The notes below the pieces were generated by a model. It saw only the letters and a program-made list of their open reading frames with translations. It was not told the DNA's origin and made no database searches. Source: Raillietiella orientalis (lineage: Eukaryota). From it: a stretch of DNA of 64,000 nt. The position numbers and the translations under genes are program-made. This document shows, one piece after another, positions 12,680-23,500 of the stretch. The stretch spans positions 1 through 64,000 of the forward strand of contig JAYWIR010000097.1 of the NCBI GenBank assembly GCA_036172245.1, in the 5' to 3' direction. Position 1 is the stretch's first letter. Every line of letters starts with the position of its first letter.

Positions 12680-15180
12680 ACCAAGTAAGGCGAAATGCCT
12701 CAGAATAGAACCTCATAACAAAAAGGAGGTCCAAAAATTCTACAGAATGAACAGAAAAAGAGCAATAAGGGCTATAATGAAGCAGCGGGATATGCGCTGA
12801 AGTTGGGACCTGAAGTCGAGGAGCACTTTCATCGGCTTTCTGTTTCTATGCAGAAGGGAAAGCTGATGAATCGCGTGCGAAGAGCATTCAGCTGGACAGG
12901 GAGGATGTTTCTTCTCCACTCAAGCTACATCCACTGTCAGAGGAAGAGCAACCTCTTACTGGCTACGAAAAGCCGAAAATTCTAGTCCAGGATCTGACGG
13001 CACAACCTACGCCGGCTGGAGGATGGTTGAGCAACATGCATCGTTGCTAACACCATTACTCAACATCTTAATCTGCAATGCAAGAATCCCGGTGGCACGG
13101 AGATGCACGAAGACAGCCCTGCTTCCGAAGGGTCAACACTGCTCCATGAACATCCATGATTGGAGGCCTATATCGCTGGGCAGTAGCGTGTAAAGGCCCT
13201 ATGCAAAATGCCTTACTGTTAAGGTTAAAGAATGGGTAATGGAACAGGAAGTAATCTGTCCTTAACAGAAGGGTTTTCGACGGTGTACTGGAGCAAAACT
13301 TTATCCTCCGGAGTCGTTTCGATCATGCAAGAAGGAAACCAGAATTCCTGGGACTAGTTTTTCTGGACATTTGAAATGCTTGCGGCACAATCCCTCATTC
13401 CTTGATGCTACAGGCGTCAACGGAGGCAGGGTTTCGCAGCCACTTTATTCAGATAGTTGAATATATCTACAAGGATGCATACACCTACATTCAATTGGAT
13501 ATGTCGTTTGCTGGGCCCATGATGCTCAAGAGAGGTATCAAACAGGGATGCCCATTAAGCTCCCTTCTGTTCATAGTAGCCATTGAACCTGCTCCGCGGA
13601 CTTTTCGGGAAAGCTACGGAGAAGAAACCATCCTGGCTTGCGCTGATGATCCTATCATTCAGGTTAGAAATGAAGAAGAGCTAGAAGACAGAATGGCACA
13701 CTTATTCGACCTTTCAAGAAGATCTGGACTCTCAGTTAATCCGTCCAAATACGCATCATTCAACCTTCAGGGAAAGACACCGAAGGGAGTTAAGAACTTG
13801 GCGCTCAAGTCTGGAGACACGCTCGTTCCGTGCTTGAATCTAGCTGAGGCGTACAAGTACCTTAACAAGCCGTCCGGTTTAGAAATCTTCAATCAACATC
13901 CCAACAGACAGGATCTTTTGTTTAAAGCAGCAAAGATATTGACGAGTGAACTGGCCATTGCAAAAGCTGGATGCCTTGTAGACCTTTGGTTTGCCAAGTT
14001 GAATACATTTTGAAAGGTTGACAACGTATCGTAAAGGTGATTGGTCGTACCTCGACAACGAAATAGGAAGAATGATCAAAGAATTGCTTCACCTCCCTCC
14101 CAGAGCCGCCAATAAATACATATATGGTGGCAGAAAGAAGTAGGCTTGAGAATGATGAAGAGGATACATTTATCTTGGACTCTTGCTGGAAGCTCCTCTC
14201 CTGGCCGGATGCTGCATTCATGAAATTGGCTCTGTCCTCTCTTAAGGGAGTTCTATTGAGAAGGACCCTTCCTCCGCCAACAGAAGATGATATGGGAAAG
14301 TTCGTATCATCAGAACAAGAAGGAAAATCCAAGCCAGAAGGGGTGGACATTAAAAGTCATTGGACGGTAGGGAGGAAAGCCTCGGGGAGGCTGTCCGCAA
14401 CTGTGTTGACGGTGACCCCAAGATCTCCGTCTCTGGTGTGACTATTGAAGTCACTCAGAGAAGAAAGGTGGCGTGGACAATCCGGAGTCTCCAGCGGGAA
14501 GCGGCATGACTTTCTCTGATAAATAAGCATCCAGATCAGGGGAAAGCGATGCGTTGCGTTGGACGCCATCAAGTCTCAAGTCACTCACAAGTCAGTATCG
14601 GCGAATACTTTCGGTTCATCCACTCAGCACGGATGAATTTAATCATGATTCGAGGGATATCACGAAAACCAACGATAGATCGAACATGCCGTCGTTGTGA
14701 CACTTGGGAGGAGACATTGTCTCACATACTTAACCATTGCATGAGGCACTCCCCATGTACCAACTCCGCCAAAACGTGGTAGTGGAGAGACTGACAAAGA
14801 CTTTCAGAGCTGGATGGAGGCTCTTGTCTGGGAATCAGCAGGTTCCAGAGAAAAACTCGACACTTCGTCTGGATCTCGTCCTCGAAGAAGATGGGAAAAT
14901 GGTGGTGTTGTATGTTGCATGCCCCTTCGAGAATGGGGAGGAGGTATTCTTCACTACCGGGATGGAGAAGGAGGACAAATACCAGGAGATCGCCACTGCT
15001 CTATCTCATGGAGGAATGAAGGTCGTCGTTTATGCCTTTATTGTTGGAGCGTTAGGGTCATGGGATCCTGAAAATGATGGAGTACTCAAAAGAGTAGGCG
15101 TTCCTCGAAGATACGCGAGGAAGATTAGAAAACTCATCGCATCTTCTGTTCTTTCACGGAGGGATCCTGACTGGTTCTAG
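12680..15180 (+). mobile_element. Decayed RT + RLE non-LTR retrotransposon, copy C, related to copy B and directly downstream of it
   Basis: Starts with RIEPHNKKEVQKFYRMNRKRAIR (cf. QVDPHNKAEIQRMYRMNRRRAFR in copy B). Also KRGIKQGCPLSSLLF, LACADD, YKYL, FILDSCWKLLS, FRFIHSARMNL, CRRCDTWEETLSHILNHC, LRLDLV, CPFEN, KEDKY and AFIVGALGSWDPEND. Confidence 0.9.
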
Positions 15181-15665
15181 ACTGCAACACTGGACCGGGA
15201 ACATCGATGACGGACTGTGAAAGGCGTGTGGAGCGGAAGAAAAGCAGTCTTACGTGTTCACCTGCCTCACGCTGCGACCTGATTGGCCGGCGGTGAAGGC
15301 GATGACCCTGCAGAGAAGACAGAAGATGGAAATTCTGGAGGGTTTGCGTCAGGGGAGCGAAATCGTTCCCCTGCAGCTCCCGACGGTTCGTACCACGCTT
15401 GCGGTCTCCATCGCTGCAACTGTGATCAGCAGGGCAAAAATGCTCACAGCCGGACGAAGAGTACCGCCGTTCGATATCCTAAAAGGGCTGATCATGAAAG
15501 ACATAGCGATGGGGAGTTGCGGAAGGTTCGCAGCCGGGACGTATCGCTTCATCCTCATGAAGATGGGCGAAAGCACCCAGGTAAGCGGAAGAATCCCCGG
15601 CTCACCCTGGAACCAGTCCTCGGAAGACGGAAAAGTGGGAAAGTGAAGTGAAAGTGAAGTGAAAC
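15165..15665 (+). mobile_element. 3' fragment of another LINE with a short tandem-repeat tail
   Basis: Degenerate zinc knuckle GL*KACGAEEKQSYVFTCLTLRPDW (15212-15290) runs in frame into ORF 15254-15646, which ends in an imperfect (GAAGT/AAAGTG)n tail at ~15631-15663. Confidence 0.45.
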
Positions 15666-17438
15666 GAACTAGAAAACGGGTGCAGTTGCTCGTGCCGAAA
15701 ACATGGAAAGGGCGGAAAAGACTGACAGTTGTTTGTTGCTAACAACTTGACCCCACCGTTTGTCGTACCCGGGGACAGTCGAGGTGGTTCGAAAACTCTG
15801 TATTGAAGTGGCGAGAGCCGAATTAAGTTTCGCTGTGTATTGCATGCCTTTGTAGGAAAGCGGTTCCGAATTCGGGTTCACGATGCATTTCATTTCATGT
15901 GCTTGTAGAACAGTGGTTGTATGTTCCTATATGCTTATCATAGGGCGAGTATCCTTCTTTATCCTATTTTCCGAGACGAGCAGCAACACGGCGCGCGCTC
16001 ACTGCAAAAGATTCGTCAGTACGAGGTTTCTTGAGGTCCGGGTGATTGCTTTCCAGCATTTGTTTCTGGAAACATTCGGATTTCGTGAATAATCACCAGC
16101 ACCTGTTCCGAAACAGAACGGTGGATGCTTCGTCTACAGCGACAAGCACCCGTAGGAGGCACTCTGCAAACTTTTGGCAAATCACCTTAGTTGGTACATG
16201 TAAGACGTGCATTCCTTGTTCAGTGTAAGACCTCAAGATTTCCATTGACGACACGCGCACGTGCCCAAAGATCGGGCACAAAAGTTGCACCACTAACGAC
16301 TTGAAATCGTTTCCATGGTTCCGTAAGCTACAAAGAAGAGCCACGATGCTTCTGCTGCCGAACATTCACACAGTATCCAAAGGGAAGAAGCAAACCAAGG
16401 CTGAATGCTTTTGTTTCGAAGCGTCAGGCTAGCAAGTGGCGTGAGCATTGATGAGCATCTCGCATTTCGAAATGAAGGAGCACGAGCACATGGATCGCCA
16501 ACCAAGGAGGCAAAGAGTGAAATTCGAAAACATCAAGTCGAAACACATCATGGACGTCCTATGTCCTTCCTGTGGAAAAGGAAGGGGACGCTACTTTCAA
16601 GTGGTACTTTTGCTAGCACTCCTATTCGGTGTTTAGGAAGGGGAAACTTAGAAAACCAGGATGCAAAAATTGGTCGTCAACGGAGATGGTTTATTGCAAG
16701 CTCATCGTTGACCGAATCGTCTAAAGCGCGCTCTTGTGCCGTGATACGTGTGGGGATGTCCATAAAAATTCAAAGTCGAAGAACCACCATCAGATGGGTT
16801 ATCTTGAAAAGTGAAAATCACTTCACTTCCAGAAGCATCCCGTATTCCTCCTCGAGGGGTGGAGCAACTATGGAAGTTCCTGGAATGGAATCCAAGATAG
16901 AATCGAGTTTCGAAACTTCCGACTGCAAGTCCGACTGTCGCCTTCCTCTTTCACTCCACTTTGCGCTTTATCGGAATGGATTGCAGAACTCTGATGCGAG
17001 AAACACGGAAGCGTGAAAACGGTAATCGAGAAGATTTCTTCCGCACCGCACAAACACTGCATGCAAGCGCTTCATTCATGTGCGTATATGTCGGAGCGCT
17101 TTCGCATCGGCTGGAAACTTCTGGAAGCAGCATGCATCCTGCTATGGTTCGCACGCTGATTTCTCGCACCCGTTGGGTCGCGTCACGTGCGGCTTCCCGA
17201 GTCGGGAGGCAGTTAACAAATCGATCACTCAAGGGCGAATGTAATGGGCGACTTCATTCGATGGCATTGGAATCGTGATTGATGGGAACTTCAACAACAT
17301 GGCCACCACCGCAGTAATGGAATGGATGCCATGTTATTTGCTGTACCAAAGAGGGGGGGAAAGGGTGCGCTGGAGACGCTTCTCACTTCCGCGGAATGCG
17401 TGCTGACATGAATGAATGGGAAACAGAACCAAACTAAC

Positions 17439-17534
17439 CTTTGAAAGTGACGTACCACAGAATGACTGCTGCCGCCGTGAGCAGCAGAGCCAGTCCAAGA
17501 ATGGTGAGGACGATTATGGTGAACGTATCCAACT
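17439..17534 (-). CDS. Transmembrane exon of the cysteine-module locus
   Basis: ttttactttccAG acceptor; reads ELDTFTIIVLTILGLALLLTAAAVILWYVTFK; donor GTTAGT after 17439 (alternative GTACGT after 17456). Confidence 0.75.
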
Positions 17535-20500
17535 CTGGAAAGTAAAAGCTCGTTTGAAATCTTCAGCAGTAAGCTTCTTCCGATGCGCGGCAAGAGCGAC
17601 AAGCTGCCTGAATATTCTAAAGCGCGCCTCCTTGGTATGTGCAAGACAGCTCTGAGCAGTTCGTGTTGCAATCGAGAAAAGGCACTTCCAGGCTGTTTTA
17701 CTTACTCCATTTCCTACTTTCGCACAACGACCCGTAATATTCCACAGGACAGGTGCAATTCACTTGATTCTGGAATTTGGCTTCACATTTGCCACCATTC
17801 ATGCATGGGCATTCTGAAGTGAAACGGAAAAAATGATTGCTTGCCGGTTCGTCAGCAAGTCGGACACACTGCTGAATGCTCGCAAAACTTGGCATCCATG
17901 ACTCTTGCATTCGTTCACGCTTTTCACGAAAGAAAAGTGGAAGGAGTTTCAAGCTCAATCAAACTTTCCCGCTGTTTATTCTTTGGGAACCCGTATTGAA
18001 ATGGCATCCAGGTTGCCTTCATGTGCGCGTTGTTACGGATGCAAGCAACAACAGCATTCGGTTATCTGCCATGGCGGGACTTACTGCACACAAGGAATCC
18101 TGTACTTTCATCCTGAAGGCAGTAATGTTGGCACTCTGACGTATTGCTGCATCCGCAGCCATCCGGGTAAGGCGCTCGATGACACTGAACTAGGAACGGG
18201 TGGCATTCAGTATTCCGAGATTCTCTCTCCAGATGAATGCAAGCTGCAGAGGAAATCCATTACCGCACTTCCTGAAGCCTGTCGTAAACGCCAGCAAGCA
18301 GGAACGGCTTGCGCACTGATCGTCCGTCGCGCAGGTACACCCGTCGGGGAGATGTGACCCCAAGCATAAACCTAATTCGGGTGAGCAACAAGTCAGCGCT
18401 TGCAAAATTATTGCAAACACATACTCGCACGAAAGACGGGCGTGGTGCACGGAGCCAATGAGACAAAGAAGCAACAGTTACAAAGTTTGGCATTAATCAT
18501 TTAATAACCCTTTTGATTATCACGTCGTTTGCTTTTGTAACTGCGACGAACTTTTGTACCAAACTTTTTGTATGCGTGTACTTATCGAAAGACCGTAAAC
18601 GGAGTGCACGCACCCCTTACAGGTCTGTCGGTTGGTTAGAGAGAGAAGGCAAACGGCACTCCATCCCATACCCTTACGCGCGTAACGGGAGTCGGAACGT
18701 TGAGCTTTGGTTCGAAATCCCGGAACGAAAAACGGGGAATCGTAAACATTATTCCACATCGATTGATGCACGAATTTATTCTCACGTACACAGTGATGTA
18801 TATTAACACGCGTTTTATAGACAGTAACATTATTTGAACGGATGTATATTTGTGAACGTTTATCTGCATGCATAGCAAGCCATTGATTCGATCATTGAAA
18901 AAGGTGTATATACCTGAAAAAAGTCGCAAAAGAATGGATACGCATATAAGTAGTTGAGAATGTGGATATTGGGAAAATTTGGGGTCTGACCAGGTTCACA
19001 TCGCGCAACTATACTCACTCGGATCACATAGTCCTTTGATGCAGTGATGAAAGCAATCTCCATCCTTGTCACAAGGACATCCTGTAGGTTTCGGGACGAC
19101 AGTGCAATCTTCTGCAAATTACTGATTATTGCAATTTATTCGTCGGTACCTTTCTCGTGAAAAAATGCAAACTCGTATGTGCAGCAACTTGCAAGATCTA
19201 ATCTTCATTTAGACAAGCGAATTGGATCCCCAGAGGAACTTTCGACATCCCCTTTTCACCATCATTCGGGATGAAGACTCTTTTTGTAGTAATTCAGAGT
19301 TTTGTACGAAATCTCCGCTGCACTCGCTCGCAAATAGCCGCCATTGGTCACTCTGATGAGTCGCACAAACGAAGCCACTTGATGATTATTGATTACTGGT
19401 TTAGGAAGAAACGAAAACTCAGTTTCCGGCAAGTGGAGTACGTGCAATCAGACGTTCGCTCTTGACTGACTCCTTTGCTTCAAAAGAGAAATTTTCCCTG
19501 CCATTTGATGATTTACGACATGGAATTATGGACACATTTAACCTTTCAGATGTTCGCATTCCTGTAGTTTCGTTTTCCACAAATCATTATTCTTGCAGTC
19601 ATTCATTCTTGATGGAATGATTGGAGTACGCATTTTTCCGAGGGAGGGACAGCTCGGAGTTGATCGAAGGGCGAACGCTCACGGTGCGAAGAGGGAAGGA
19701 TTTCAGTGTTGGCTTCAGACGAGCGAGGAAGAGCATTCAAGGAGGAACAGGTAAGACATTGGAAAGCGAAGCAGCAACACATTCAGCGAACATTTGCGAT
19801 TCCTGCTGAAATGCTTTTCTGGAGGAACAAATACGTAATGGTTTCAATCCACGATGATGGCAGCTGCAGTCTTTTCTGCTTCCGCAGACCTTTTTAAGCA
19901 AGCATTCAACTTCGCAAGTGCGGTATGTTCAATTTTCGTGGTTGCAAAAGTGCATTTCCGAAACTTCTGCCTTGTGGTTCTCCCCATTTGTTTGAACTGC
20001 AGCTCAAAAGATGGATTTGAATGCGGAATGCAACTCATAGATAGCTCCAGGCATTCCCTCCAAAGACTATCATCGCATATGCGCAACGTGTGCGGTGAAA
20101 GCAGATGATCGCAGAACAAACTGAAGACCCAATAAATTGGACACCCCTCCGCTACCATTGATGGCTCCTCCCACAATCCAATAACCAAGGACACTTCCAA
20201 TATCTTTCTAACACAACTCCATCTACACTCACCGTCTTCAACAAATAACCCTTAGCATACACCCTCGTTCCACGTACACCAAAGTAACGAGAAAAACATC
20301 CAGAAATTTCATCATGAGCGGCAATATGATCCATTACATTGCCATAATGGAATCCAGCCATCGATCCAAAATGCTCTCCTTGCGCAGCAGCCTTATACAA
20401 TATCATATTCCTATACGATACTTTCATTCCGAACTCCTCCGCCATATTTCCTATCGTCAATCCAAGAGACATGGGCTCCACCTTCGTCGCACATCCTTTG

Positions 20501-23500
20501 ATCTTCACATAAGGATAATAACGCGCACACTGTTCTAAATTTAATGTTCTCAACAAACTATTCATTTTTTCATAATCCTCAATATAAGCAAACATCCACG
20601 AACAATTCACATCGTCACAATTATCAACAGTCCTCAAAGACGCGTAATGAGCAGCACCAACCAAACCAGCCCTCTCATCGACAGTTTGCCAACGAGGATT
20701 TCTTTTCTTAACTTCACACGACGACGACGCCTATTCCAACGGCGACGACGCTTGAACGTATCATAACCATCGCGCAATGTGGTCAGTCGACGACGCTTCC
20801 AGCTCTTCGAACGACTCGACGCCTTCCTCTTTGGAGAAAGAAAACGACGTGCTGGTCGCCATTCGGTTTAGAGAAAGCCTACTGAGGATTTTTCGAACCC
20901 CCCTCCCTTCTTAACTCCGAGCTGGTGGGCGTGGCTCACCCGACTACACTAGCCTGCCACTAGGTCGGGTGAAACCAGACACTGCAGCTGGAAAGCTCAT
21001 CGCTTTTCCGCATTCCTCAGTCTTCCACGGCTGCGGATAAAAAAAAACCAGGCGCTCAAAATAAAAATGCTTACATAACAATTTCCCACGGTGTCGGATG
21101 ACCACTGGGCAATCTGGGTAATACTGACCAGATTGCGCTAACAAAAAATACTGCGCAGTTAGCCAGTACGTAAACCACCGACAACATCCACACCGCAGTG
21201 TTACCTCCAGTGGATTTCGCATGTGCCACCATGCCTTCAGCACTCAACTTCAATTGGCGCATCACTTTTTGCAACTACACAGAGCGAGAATTTAAAGAAA
21301 TGAAAGGATGGTGCTTCGCCTGCTTTGGACGCGAGACCGCTGAGAGCGGCACACCTCACTTGCAAGGCTCATACAACTCGAGGAGCCAAGGACTTTGCCC
21401 TGTTTGCACCGCAAACCATTCCATAAGACTCACTTGGAACGCGCAAAAGGCACGCTGCAGAGCAGCTTGAGGTACTGCAGTAAGGAAGATAAGAATCCTT
21501 GGACACACGGATCTCTCAACTCAATGAAACCACCGAACCAAAATCATACCAAGAACAGGTTCTTTACCATAAATAATTGACGATAAAATCAAATTCTTTG
21601 ATACTCCAACTCATCGAGAACGGAGCAGACGAGCTCTACATTTTGAAAAATCATACGCAGTTTTACTCGAAAAATGTAAACTTCCTAAAAGAGTGCTTTC
21701 GCCCATCAAGAACCAGGCAACACCCTAATCCCATGGCCAATCTTCAACTCAAACAGTAGCAAATGGACATCATGGACATCATTCGCCACAAACCCAATCC
21801 ACGAAAAATCCACTGGTATTACGACACCTGTGGCAACGCTGGCAAGACGACGATGGCGAAGTTTTTATTCTTGAAGAAGGACGCAATCTACAAGCACTCC
21901 TGCGTGAAAGCCGATGCTGTACAACGTAGAGCGAATCTTAGTGGTTGACTTTGCTAAGGATAACATGGAGCACGTACAGTACGACTTTATTGAATCACGA
22001 AAAAATGGAATCATCTTTGATTCCAAGTATCAAGCAAGTCTAAAATATTTTCAGCCACCTCATATTATTGTCTTTGCAAATTGGCAACCCGACTTTGCAA
22101 AACTATCAACAGATAGATGGATTGCCCAATAACCAAAGTCTCTCCGTAATATTTACCGTTTAGGATGCCCACAAATAGTGCTGCAGCAACGGAAGGTGCG
22201 AAGCCAAATGACAGAACAAGCTGTTTACGGGGTACGCAAAGATTCCTGCTTTTGCGGAAGGAGTTGCCTGTAGAGATGAGAACCGTGGCCAAAGACGAAC
22301 CGCAATGCGTGTCACGAAGTCACGCTGCACGCTGCACTCGAAACAGAAAGACATCGGTAATACGTGCGGCGTGCGCTTTCCAAGTCGGTTGAACTGGTCT
22401 GTGCACATCACTGTAGTTACTGGCCTTCGAACGGAGCCTCCAGGAAAGGGGCACTGCCTCCCAAATACGAACCCCAATTCTCGTTCAGGGAAACTCCGGA
22501 CGAGACAAACACTGAATCATGAAATCATTCTTCCCCTTCATGTGGTCAAGCAACAAGGAAAGGAAGGGCATGGGCCAGAGGCAGCGAACGGAACTAACCA
22601 ACCTCGCTCCTTGAAATTTAAGAGGGAAAGCGGAGGGATCGAAACGGGAATGATCACGTGCATGCAAAATGCAAATGGAAGCAGTAAAAGTTACGAAAAA
22701 GTTACGACGCCTTCAGCTTTAATGTCGAACTGAAAGCAAAGCGCACTCCTGAATTTTTGGAAAAGGGAAGAGGGAGAACAATTTGCGTTCAAGTAATGCA
22801 CTGACAAAAACGGTTCTGTGGAATCTCTTCATTTCACCTCAGCTGAACTGATTTGGCCGTTAGCTGTGCCAAACTTACCGCAAGTTCCCGTTATTCTGTT
22901 ACACTTCATCCATCCCAGACACTGAACATCCGTGGAGCACGGGCATCCCTCTGCTAGAAACCCGGACAAGGACTCCCCGATTACAAGGCAATACTCTGAA
23001 AGGTAAAGCAGTGCATTCATAAACTTTCCTCTGAAAACCCGTGTTCGTGGGGGGGGGGGGGGAGAGAGAGAAAGAATTTCTTCTTCTTCGGCGGTGAAGC
23101 GGTGCTCAGTACAACGAATGAATGAGCGTCATCATCCTACCTGCACAACTCAAGCCTTTTGCCGACTCACTCGGAACGCATTTCCCGGAGAAGCACTCAT
23201 CCGATGTTCTGCAAGGACAACCGCTCGGCCGCCACCTTTGTTTGGAACAGCCGGAGTCTGGAATGAGCTATCAAAGAACGTTGTTTACTTGAACTCTTAA
23301 AGTCGGGAAGAAAAATGAGGGAACAAGCGCGGTGTACATGTTTTTTTTTAATTTTTTTTGTTTTTTGAGGGGGGCAGGGGGGATGCAGGGCAATGGGGAA
23401 GTGGCTCGAATACATACAGCAACTTCTCTTCCAGAGTTAAAAGCTTTTTTCCCACACTAACAGAGGTCGCCCAAAAGGATGAATATCAGAAATAGGAAGA

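Larger units (their letters stand above)
20105..22140. mobile_element. Endogenous CRESS-DNA (Cressdnaviricota) viral element, near-complete ~2 kb ambisense genome
   Basis: Divergent cap (-) and rep (+) remnants flank a ~370 nt intergenic region containing a perfect stem-loop with the CAGTATTAC nonanucleotide. Boundaries are approximate. Confidence 0.9.

Noticed and set aside
15144..15152. TCTGTTCTT, resembling the U2 sequence downstream of the Utopia insertion site
   Set aside because: Only 9 nt, and it lies inside the element's own coding sequence (SSVL).
16046..17278. Several plus-strand ORFs and exon-like pieces between the LINE block and the TM exon
   Set aside because: No recognisable domain or consistent exon chain.
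22157..22267. Possible GPI/TM terminal exon (…LVLSFGFAPSVAAALFVGILN)
   Set aside because: Equally explained as a frameshifted decayed cysteine module; cannot be supported as a real anchor exon.
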